DNA of 64,000 nucleotides from a virus (Duplodnaviria > Heunggongvirae > Uroviricota > Caudoviricetes). A model generated the notes under the pieces. The model had not been told where the DNA came from. It searched no databases and worked only from the letters and a program-made list of their open reading frames with translations. Both the position numbers and the translations under genes were made by a program. Shown here in pieces: positions 56,649 to 64,000 of the stretch (positions are counted from its first letter, which is position 1; each line of letters starts with the position of its first letter). The stretch lies in the IMG/VR virus record IMGVR_UViG_3300006899_000574, one strand, 5' to 3'.

Positions 56649-58516
56649 TCCACAACCTCCCCGTTGCGTAACTCCACAACATGGGCCCCAAAGTCGGAGA
56701 CCAGCATGTCAACGGTGTCCTGCCGATGCGTCACAATGATCCACTGCTTGACGCCTGGAGCGAAAGCCACCGCATTGGCGAACAGTCTGGCACTGTTGCT
56801 TTCAGTCGTGCTGGCGTCAACTTCATCAAGAATGATGAATTCCGACCCCTGCAATGCGCAGAGCGCGAGCCGGAACGCCATGGAAAGGATCTGTCGGTAG
56901 GCGCCGCCCAGCAAAACAGCTGGCGTGAACTGGCCGTCTCCACTGCTGAAGAAGAACTCCACGCTCTTATGGTCGCGCTTGATGCTCACGCGATGGTCGC
57001 TAAACCTCGCGAAGAACTCATTCATACGTTTCTCCACGAATGCCAGGCCAGACTCCAGCAGGTAGGCACTGAACTCTTTCTCCAGCAGGCCACGGGATTT
57101 TTCCGCCACTGTCTGGGCCTGAGTGAGTTCCTCCAGTTCCGCAGTCTTCAGCGTGATATCTGCGGCATTCCGCAGGCGCTGTTTCTCTTGCGCGAGGTTG
57201 AAGTCCAGTGCGGCTCTTACCTCGCGTTCGAAATCCCGATAGGCACGGGCACGCGCTTCCAGTTTACGATAGCCTTCGATATCAAATTCCGGCGGCGGGG
57301 GATAGGATAGAGGCTCCTGAGTTGGAGCACCTCCGGGGTCGGGAAGCGCTTGTAATTCCTTGCGCAGTTTCTCCAGCTCAACCTGTGCTTGTTGAATCAC
57401 GGCCCGCACCTGCTGATTCTTAACGTACGCCGCGCGCAGGGTCTTGATCTCCGCACTCAGAACTTTCACCCTGGGTTGCAACACCTGGAGTTCCGAGCGA
57501 AGCTCCTCAACCTGCTTTTGCAACGGCAGGGGATCGCCGATGTAGTCCTGCGCGCACTGCGAGCATTTTCCGGAGGCGATGAGCTTGAGCTTCGTTTCAC
57601 ATGAAACGATCTCTGACTGGATCTGCTGTATGCGCAAGGTGGCTGTGCGTTCTTCTGTTTCCAGAGGCTGGACATCCGCTATCGCAACCAGCTTGACTTT
57701 CTCCGACGCCAGCAGGGAAGCCTTCGATGCCACGGCGTCCTGGGCTTTTTTGTAAGCACGGCACTGACTGTCGTGCGCCTGCCTGGCTTTCTCAAACTCC
57801 TGTCGCTTCTGGTCTACGGCCGCAATGGCCTTTACGTGTTCTTCTCTGAGTTTCAGATACTCTTCGTAGGCCTTCTGCGCTTCCTGAAAGCGATCGATCA
57901 CCTGTGGGTCTTCCCGGGACTCCGGGATCTGCATGTCGTCAAACCGCATGGCCTGAAGGGTCTTCAGGACCGCCCGGGCTTCGGACGCATTGTCTTTGCA
58001 GGTCTTGGCACGGGCCTTCAGGAGTTCAACTGCCTTGCTTACGGTGTCCATCCCCAGTACGGACTTCAACCGCTGAAGACGTGGCGCGGCGTCATCAAAG
58101 ATGACGGATGTCGTGCGATGCTGGAGCGCAATGCTTCCGTACAGTGCGAGGTCTGTATCCATCAAGGTACCGAGAATCTCATTCACTGCTGTGGCGCCTT
58201 CGGCCAGCAACTCTCCGTTGCGCGAAAGAGTTTTTTTGGTGCGCTCAACACCGGCCTGGAGGTACAGCGCGTAGTCAGCTCCGTCTTCGACGAAATCTGT
58301 CTCTATCTCGTAGGTTTTTGCTCCACTGCTGTCATTGACGAAATCCGCCAGATTGGACTCGGCGTAGCCAGTGACAGCCAGGGTGAGCCCCTCAATGGAG
58401 GAAGTTTTCCCGCTGTTGTTGTCCCCGCGCAAGACGTTCACGCCTGGCCGGAGGAGGATGTTTACCTCCCCCGGAATGCGTTTGAATCTCCGCAGACTCA
58501 GGCGACGGAAGATCAC
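56645..58516 (-). CDS. Rad50/SbcC-like ABC ATPase with zinc hook
   Basis: N-terminal Walker A GDNNSGKTS; central coiled coil with GKCSQCAQ (CxxC hook); C-terminal signature and Walker B FIILDEVD. Confidence 0.7.
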   Translation of the reverse strand: MIFRRLSLRRFKRIPGEVNILLRPGVNVLRGDNNSGKTSSIEGLTLAVTGYAESNLADFVNDSSGAKTYEIETDFVEDGADYALYLQAGVERTKKTLSRNGELLAEGATAVNEILGTLMDTDLALYGSIALQHRTTSVIFDDAAPRLQRLKSVLGMDTVSKAVELLKARAKTCKDNASEARAVLKTLQAMRFDDMQIPESREDPQVIDRFQEAQKAYEEYLKLREEHVKAIAAVDQKRQEFEKARQAHDSQCRAYKKAQDAVASKASLLASEKVKLVAIADVQPLETEERTATLRIQQIQSEIVSCETKLKLIASGKCSQCAQDYIGDPLPLQKQVEELRSELQVLQPRVKVLSAEIKTLRAAYVKNQQVRAVIQQAQVELEKLRKELQALPDPGGAPTQEPLSYPPPPEFDIEGYRKLEARARAYRDFEREVRAALDFNLAQEKQRLRNAADITLKTAELEELTQAQTVAEKSRGLLEKEFSAYLLESGLAFVEKRMNEFFARFSDHRVSIKRDHKSVEFFFSSGDGQFTPAVLLGGAYRQILSMAFRLALCALQGSEFIILDEVDASTTESNSARLFANAVAFAPGVKQWIIVTHRQDTVDMLVSDFGAHVVELRNGEVVE

Positions 58517-59181
58517 CGCAGATCCTTACGAAGCGCGTTGATACGCTTGTGGTCCTGCTTGATGACGGCCTGAAGCGCCACGATCCTCTCTTCATTGACT
58601 GCGATGCGCGTGGTCAATCGCTGAATCATGGTCTGCGGAGACACGACGTTTTTCACTGCCCGAAGTTTGCCATGCGCGGTCATGATGAAGTGACTCTCGG
58701 GGATCTTGTGTTCCTTGATGAGTTGAGCGCGTATGCTCTCCACGATTTTTGGATATACGCCGCATGCTCTGGCAATCGGCCGGTTTCCCTGCATGTAATA
58801 CTCCATGAGCATAGCTCTAACGAGCCCGCGCTTGCTCTCAATGGTCATCTGCCGGCGATGAGTATTTTCCGTCGCCGCAAAGAATGCTCTTTGTTCGCCT
58901 CCGGCGATTTCTACTTCCTCACATGGAAGTTTGATCCCGGCTTTAATGGCGCCCTCACGTCGCGTCCAGCCCGACAAAATGAAGAACGTGTTGTCCTTGA
59001 AATATCCCTTGACCGAGTCTCTTACGCGGCCTTCGCGTGCGATCGACTCAAAGATCGACTCCTTGTCTTCGGGCGCAGTTGGCATGGCCTTCTGGATGCG
59101 GGCGAGTTCCGGCGCGAGCCGACACTTCGCGGGATCTAGTAGAAAGACCTTGCGTGTTTCAGTTTGTGTCTTGGTTGTCAT
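58513..59181 (-). CDS. ParB-like nuclease N-terminal domain protein (tentative)
   Basis: FFILSGWTRREGAIKAGIK resembles the ParB/Srx motif. Confidence 0.35.
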   Translation of the reverse strand: MTTKTQTETRKVFLLDPAKCRLAPELARIQKAMPTAPEDKESIFESIAREGRVRDSVKGYFKDNTFFILSGWTRREGAIKAGIKLPCEEVEIAGGEQRAFFAATENTHRRQMTIESKRGLVRAMLMEYYMQGNRPIARACGVYPKIVESIRAQLIKEHKIPESHFIMTAHGKLRAVKNVVSPQTMIQRLTTRIAVNEERIVALQAVIKQDHKRINALRKDLR

Positions 59182-59386
59182 TTACTTGCTCCTTATTTCG
59201 CTGAGACTTCAGGACCAGCGGTTTGACATATCCGCTCTGCCTGTATTGCTTGCTCAGAAAACTCTTCTGAATGTTTTTACGAAATTGTTCCGGTGTCAAG
59301 CCGGATTTTCGTTTCTCTCTGTGTTTCATCAGTGACCCTCTTCTATAATTTGGCTCGTCCTGACAGATAGGCGATGTAATCCTCAT
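59159..59386 (-). CDS. hypothetical small basic protein
   Basis: 75 aa. Confidence 0.3.
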   Translation of the reverse strand: MRITSPICQDEPNYRRGSLMKHREKRKSGLTPEQFRKNIQKSFLSKQYRQSGYVKPLVLKSQRNKEQVNDNQDTN

Positions 59387-60311
59387 CTGTCAGTAAAAAT
59401 CCTGCGGCGGCGCGGTGCCCACCGCCACCATACTGGCGCGCGATGGTATTGACGGCGACATCGGGCCGTGATGTGCGAAGACTGAACTGATTGCGGTCGT
59501 TATTCAGCATGAGCTTCACACACGCATAGTCGGCCTCAAGGAACTCCTGCTGAATCAGATAGGCCATCAACGATGCCTGTGCGCGTTCCGCTTCTATGTA
59601 GACATAGGGCCGGCCGGAGCGATCTTCTTTCATAACAGCAGTGCGCTTAACGCGCTTAAAGGACTGATTTTCTTTCTGACGAGCATTGTGAATGATGTAA
59701 TCCTCAGCATCTGTGAAATACCACTCGTCCTGGAATCGGACTTTCTCCAGCTGGGTTTCTACGAAACGATTCAAACCGTCCGGATTGCGATCCGTGTAGA
59801 AGTACAGGATGTTGTTGAGATCCAGCGCCGCGCGAAAATCCGGACTGCCCGACTGCCAGGTGTCGTAGACCTGAGTGAGTTCTACCAGACGACGTAACAC
59901 GGGGTTTGTGTCGTCCGCCATCCAGTTGTATACCAGCATTGCGCTACAGTGCTCCGCCGACCAGAAGACGTCGGGACTCTGGAGAATTTCTGGCGCACGA
60001 GGATGGTGATCCCAGAGCCAGAGGCGAGATTTATTCTGTCGGTCACGTAGATCACTCCAGTGCTCGGGCGTCACGCATAGATCCACGAAGCCGATGCTTC
60101 CATAGCCCACAAGAGAAGAGCTACGCACCACCTCATCTACCTCGGCGGCATGAGTCTGTATGATCTCGCATGGCATGCAGAAATACTGGAAGCACAAACG
60201 TCCCACTGTGCCGTCGAGATCACTGTCGCAGAACAACAGTGTTTGCGTATAAAATCTGCCGTTCATCGTCTGAGAATCAGGGCGACTCGTCTTCTGACGC
60301 ATGGTCTTCAA
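59343..60311 (-). CDS. DHH/DHHA1 phosphoesterase (RecJ/NrnA-like)
   Basis: FCDSDLDG (motif I), LWDHH (DHH) and GGGH (DHHA1). Confidence 0.7.
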   Translation of the reverse strand: MKTMRQKTSRPDSQTMNGRFYTQTLLFCDSDLDGTVGRLCFQYFCMPCEIIQTHAAEVDEVVRSSSLVGYGSIGFVDLCVTPEHWSDLRDRQNKSRLWLWDHHPRAPEILQSPDVFWSAEHCSAMLVYNWMADDTNPVLRRLVELTQVYDTWQSGSPDFRAALDLNNILYFYTDRNPDGLNRFVETQLEKVRFQDEWYFTDAEDYIIHNARQKENQSFKRVKRTAVMKEDRSGRPYVYIEAERAQASLMAYLIQQEFLEADYACVKLMLNNDRNQFSLRTSRPDVAVNTIARQYGGGGHRAAAGFLLTDEDYIAYLSGRAKL

Positions 60312-60645
60312 GGCGAGCAGACTGAGAAGGTTTCGAATTGAAACGTATATTACTGGCTCGCAGGGCCCAGCTGTATTGCCTCTTGCCCTCCTGGTCCTGC
60401 CAGGACCGCTGAACCATGCTCCCCGTTACCGTCACGGAACTGCCTTTTTTCAAATACTGTGCGGCCGCTTCTCCGGGCTTCCCCCAGACCTCAACCTTGA
60501 AATACGAAACATCTGGCTTATCTGACCACGATCTGAGATTATTGGCAACAGTGAAGTTGCAGACCGCCGATGAGCTGGAGACGTGTTTGTATTCCGGGTC
60601 GGCCGTCAGATTTCCGTCGATGACGATGAGGTTCAGGTTTTCCAT
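60277..60645 (-). CDS. ssb: single-stranded DNA-binding protein
   Basis: OB fold resembling bacterial SSB (LIVIDGNLTADPEYK...FKVEVWGKPGEAAAQYLKKGSSVTVTGSMVQRSWQDQEGKRQYS); acidic C-terminal tail. Confidence 0.65.
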   Translation of the reverse strand: MENLNLIVIDGNLTADPEYKHVSSSSAVCNFTVANNLRSWSDKPDVSYFKVEVWGKPGEAAAQYLKKGSSVTVTGSMVQRSWQDQEGKRQYSWALRASNIRFNSKPSQSARLEDHASEDESP

Positions 60646-60680
60646 GAACGCACTTATGTCCCGGAGACCTGGGTTGTCTA

Positions 60681-60839
60681 CTTCTTTTTGTCGAGTTCCT
60701 GAGCTATCCGGGATGACAGCCGTTGCAGGAAATCACTTTCGCGGAGCAGTTTTCGAGCTTTGACTTCGTCATCGACATGGTCCTTGATTTCGGCAAAGAT
60801 GCAGTCCAGCATCTCTTCAAATACTTCATCTTTCATCAT
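60681..60839 (-). CDS. small acidic hypothetical protein (52 aa, hand-found)
   Basis: MMKDEVFEEMLDCIFAEIKDHVDDEVKARKLL...; ATGA coupling with the upstream stop. Confidence 0.25.
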
Positions 60840-61123
60840 ATCTTGTGCTTCGCCTCGCGCTTCTCGCGCTCTGCCGCACGTAGTTCGAGATACTCCAGTC
60901 GATCCGCAACTTTTTTGCTGAAGCCTGCGATAAATTTGTCATCCGTAAGAATACCGTGAATCAGGCTCTTGAAGATGTAGTAGGTTGCTACAGTGCCCCC
61001 CACAATTTTCAATGCCTTCACCACACCGGCCGAGAACTCCTGCAACCGCTCTGGTTCTCGGATCTCATCGCGGATGCACGCTTCTACAACGGACCTGATT
61101 TCTTCGCTACGCATGCCTTGCAT
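60836..61123 (-). CDS. hypothetical protein
   Basis: 95 aa. Confidence 0.4.
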   Translation of the reverse strand: MQGMRSEEIRSVVEACIRDEIREPERLQEFSAGVVKALKIVGGTVATYYIFKSLIHGILTDDKFIAGFSKKVADRLEYLELRAAEREKREAKHKI

Positions 61124-61126
61124 TAG

Positions 61127-61996
61127 TTACCGGGTGGGAATTTGGAGTCCGCCTCCTCGCTCGAAGACATCCGGGGTATCGCCGACATCAACGCCTCGAT
61201 TCGGTGCCTGCGCTGTTCGGCGGGCCTTACTTTCGGCGCTGGTTTGTTTTGCGCGTTGGAATTTTTTTTTTACTCTGGGACTACGAACGGGAGCAACCTG
61301 AAGTGCGGGAGCATTCTCCTGATGAGGTTCCTCCTCATCAGGCTCCCCCACGGGAGTCGTTTCCACATATACTTCGGGGGAGACCGTCGTTACGGACTTC
61401 TCTCTCAAGTCCTTCATGCCGGCACGCTGTAATTTACGTGCATCCCTTACGGCCTTCTGCTCAGCCAGCCTGCGTTGCTTGGCCTCCTGAATGCGCAACG
61501 ACATCTCCTCGGATTTCAGACGCTGGTGGAATTGTGATCTGAGAGACGACATCGTGATGATCATGATTGGCAACACCACAGAAAACAACAGGGACGACAA
61601 AATCTTGAGACCGTCGATCATCTGCACGTCTTTCCACACCAGCTGTTGAACGTCCGCGATGTTGGCGAGCGTATAGGATGCATTGCCGTAGAAGTTGACG
61701 ACGGTAAAAAATCCCAGGGACCAGTAGAGCCCCTGCGCACTCTCTCCTCTGCGCTTGCGGTCAGCGATACCGGAGGAGATGAACAACACTCCGGATTCCA
61801 CCGCGATGGCGAAGATCCATGCGGTGAGCCCCGGCGGTAGCCAGCCCTCGGCGACTTCATACGCCGCAACAGCTACTGACAGGTGATAGAGTGACACCGC
61901 CAGAGCGGAAATCAGCGACACCACCATGCCCCAGTATAGCCACCAGGTTGTGCGCAGAGACGAAGGCGATACAGAGAGAGCGACTTTCTTTGCCAT
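61127..61996 (-). CDS. membrane protein with basic cytoplasmic tail
   Basis: Five to six hydrophobic helices, then a K/R-rich region. Confidence 0.45.
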   Translation of the reverse strand: MAKKVALSVSPSSLRTTWWLYWGMVVSLISALAVSLYHLSVAVAAYEVAEGWLPPGLTAWIFAIAVESGVLFISSGIADRKRRGESAQGLYWSLGFFTVVNFYGNASYTLANIADVQQLVWKDVQMIDGLKILSSLLFSVVLPIMIITMSSLRSQFHQRLKSEEMSLRIQEAKQRRLAEQKAVRDARKLQRAGMKDLREKSVTTVSPEVYVETTPVGEPDEEEPHQENAPALQVAPVRSPRVKKKFQRAKQTSAESKARRTAQAPNRGVDVGDTPDVFERGGGLQIPTR

Positions 61997-61999
61997 AAC

Positions 62000-62398
62000 T
62001 TATTCCTTGGGCAGATACTTCTGCTGTTCCTGGATGATCTTCCTTACCAGCATGTCGGCCTGCGCTCCTCGGGTTGTGATGTCGAGCTTATGCGCGATTT
62101 CCAGTAACTCCTCGCGCGTCATTACGCCAAGCTGGTCTCTGGTGTAAATGATCGTAGGCGGCGTGAGCGCTGGAGTGGCGTACACCTCTCCCGTGAAGGG
62201 GTCAAACTCCTGCATCTCAACAAGCCCTTTTGGATTGTTCAGAGACCTGACGTGTTTTGTCAGGCGATCAATTCGGGTTCTTGAGATAAGCCACTCCGTC
62301 TGACTCAGGTTGGTGCCATCAACTCCCATACGAGAAGCCGGAGCCATGCCGTCATCTCTGAGTTTGTAACGATAATAAACAGTTTTGCTGTTAGCCAT
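62000..62398 (-). CDS. hypothetical protein
   Basis: 132 aa. Confidence 0.45.
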   Translation of the reverse strand: MANSKTVYYRYKLRDDGMAPASRMGVDGTNLSQTEWLISRTRIDRLTKHVRSLNNPKGLVEMQEFDPFTGEVYATPALTPPTIIYTRDQLGVMTREELLEIAHKLDITTRGAQADMLVRKIIQEQQKYLPKE

Positions 62399-62413
62399 AG
62401 AGAGTTAGGAAGA

Positions 62414-63544
62414 CTACCAGCTATCGTCTGCGAGGAATCTATCCATTTCCTCAAGGCTCCGCCGCAAGGCCTCGTCTTCATGCGCCTGCAAAGTGTCTCG
62501 GGGAGCGTTCACCATTACAGCATGCCCCCCAAAAGGATCGTCCCAGCCCTCCCAGTCGTCATCGGCCGGCGGCAGAGCGGCGGATTCAGGAGCCTGTGCG
62601 GCCTTACGACTGCTCGATATATCACTCTCTTTTTCGTCATGCTTTTTGAAAGCCGTTGATTTCCACTGCATGCCTGAAGGAGGTGTAGGTGATTTTTCAG
62701 ATTCTCTGCTTCTGAAAGCTTTCGGTACACGTACACTTCTTGTGTTTGTCCAGTTTTTCGCGATTAGGAACAACATCTTTTTGTTTAAGAGTTTGGTACC
62801 AGTACGTGTGGTGGAATAGATTTTGTCCGCGTGCCGGTAGAGCCGATCCGCAAGCTCCGCCAACATTTCTGACTCGCAGGGCGCGAAATACTGCCGGGCG
62901 TAGCGGTAACCTTCTCCCCAGCACCAACCCTGCTTGTTGTGTTTGATCTGGTGATGAAACAGGACTGCCGTGAGCAGAAGGTGCTCCTCGCGGCAATCGG
63001 TGTGTAAATCATGGTATTCGTTGATGCGCTTGTGGAATTCCAGACCGAGCATCACATCATTCTCCAGCGCTCGCGCCTTGACTTCTCCGATGCGAGCCTC
63101 AACATCTGCCCTGATTGATCGCGGATTGCCTGCGTAGACGTGTCTGGCTTTCCCCACAATTTCGCAGGCCCTCAGATACAACGATCGGTTCTTCGTGTCG
63201 TAACGACGGTGCCCTGGCCGACCATATCTGACACATAGCAGATCTACGATACGCTTGAGGTTGTGTTTGTCGGACTCGCTGAGGAGCTTGATGTTGGACA
63301 CGAACTCTCCGGAAAATCCGGATGATTGGAATGGTCCCGGGATGCCGGGCATCGGGGCCAGTTGCTTACCAGGTGATTGTTTGCGGCGCCTGTCTTCTTC
63401 GTCCTCGGGATCGGGGTCTGGAAGAACGCGGAGTTCTCCGGTTTCCGGGTCCACCTCATTGAGGCCATCGCATTGAGGCTCGTCAAGGTGAGCGGGCCGT
63501 AATCGCTTGAGCTTGAGGGAGTAAGGACTCACGGAAGGAATCAA
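62414..63544 (-). CDS. hypothetical protein
   Basis: 376 aa. Confidence 0.5.
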   Translation of the reverse strand: MIPSVSPYSLKLKRLRPAHLDEPQCDGLNEVDPETGELRVLPDPDPEDEEDRRRKQSPGKQLAPMPGIPGPFQSSGFSGEFVSNIKLLSESDKHNLKRIVDLLCVRYGRPGHRRYDTKNRSLYLRACEIVGKARHVYAGNPRSIRADVEARIGEVKARALENDVMLGLEFHKRINEYHDLHTDCREEHLLLTAVLFHHQIKHNKQGWCWGEGYRYARQYFAPCESEMLAELADRLYRHADKIYSTTRTGTKLLNKKMLFLIAKNWTNTRSVRVPKAFRSRESEKSPTPPSGMQWKSTAFKKHDEKESDISSSRKAAQAPESAALPPADDDWEGWDDPFGGHAVMVNAPRDTLQAHEDEALRRSLEEMDRFLADDSW

Positions 63545-63758
63545 AGTTACTACCAGCGCCTGGTGTCAAGTTCTTTTACTGCAATAGCAAACTCTTAAAT
63601 GAAATTCTGCAAGCCACGCGCATTTCCAGGGGGTTTTCACGAAGATCAGCTCTATTCGCGAGCAAACGCTTTTATGAGTTGACGTCGGGTAGAATTGTTC
63701 CGCTACTAACACCGTGGACTCATGATGAGTTCAACTTTAACACAGGAGGTGGGCAAGA

Positions 63759-64000
63759 TGTCCACAACACAATCACAGGAACAGCTCCTGGCCAAATTCA
63801 AGGCCGCCGCTGATCAGAAAAAACAAGCCGAGGCTGAATCGAACAAAAAGTCAGAACAGCCGAAGGATAAAAACACAGATCGCACCAGAATTTCTGTGCT
63901 ACCAATCCACCACGCCGACCACGCCAAGGAGTTCACGACGTTTCGAATCCTCGGGCTTCCGGCATCTGTCCGCGAACTCCCTACGGATGCCAAACGTATC
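63759..64000 (+). CDS. hypothetical protein, 3' end runs off the window (start of a plus-strand block)
   Basis: Good RBS AGGAGGTG 6 nt upstream of the ATG; MSTTQSQEQLLAKFKAAADQKK... Confidence 0.45.

Noticed and set aside
63545-63758. Possible sigma70-like promoter (TTGACG ... TACTAA) for the plus-strand gene at 63759
   Set aside because: Spacing and -10 match are poor. I cannot distinguish it from chance in an AT-richer spacer.
1-64000. tRNA, rRNA and CRISPR scan
   Set aside because: I found no cloverleaf-like spacers, rRNA-like conserved stretches or direct-repeat arrays by eye. I cannot run tRNAscan here, so small tRNAs could be missed.

Overview
This window reads as a large tailed-phage (T4-like/jumbo-style) genome segment, with about 90% of genes on the minus strand in long, translationally coupled operons (many ATGA stop/start overlaps). 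From positions 1 to ~1270 it may instead be host or flank DNA: there is a FliN/SctQ SpoA-domain gene and an HNH endonuclease, then a strong terminator. Recognisable functions are as follows. Head and packaging genes: large terminase, a putative major capsid protein, and a coiled-coil scaffold. DNA metabolism genes: ThyX interrupted by a LAGLIDADG intein, SSB, a Rad50/SbcC-like ATPase with zinc hook, a DHH/DHHA1 phosphoesterase, a DnaC-like loader, and a ParB-like protein. Auxiliary genes: peptide deformylase, a GroES-like protein, an SPFH/band-7 lipoprotein, a KTSC-domain membrane protein, a PP2C phosphatase, two calcineurin-like phosphoesterases, an orphan CheY-like receiver, an AAA+ ATPase, an AbiEii-like nucleotidyltransferase, and an ASCH protein with an in-frame HNH insertion. 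The most unusual locus is a ~2.4 kb hotspot between the terminase and the capsid gene (16.6–19.1 kb). It holds two tandem cassettes. Each is an IS1595-type transposase C-terminal tail on the plus strand, followed by a minus-strand cargo gene with a conserved promoter and N-terminus but a divergent body. One cargo resembles a PARP/Tpt1/DarT-class ADP-ribosyltransferase. A 12-nt motif GGGATAATTCCG recurs three times around the cassettes. I found no rRNA, tRNA or CRISPR array.
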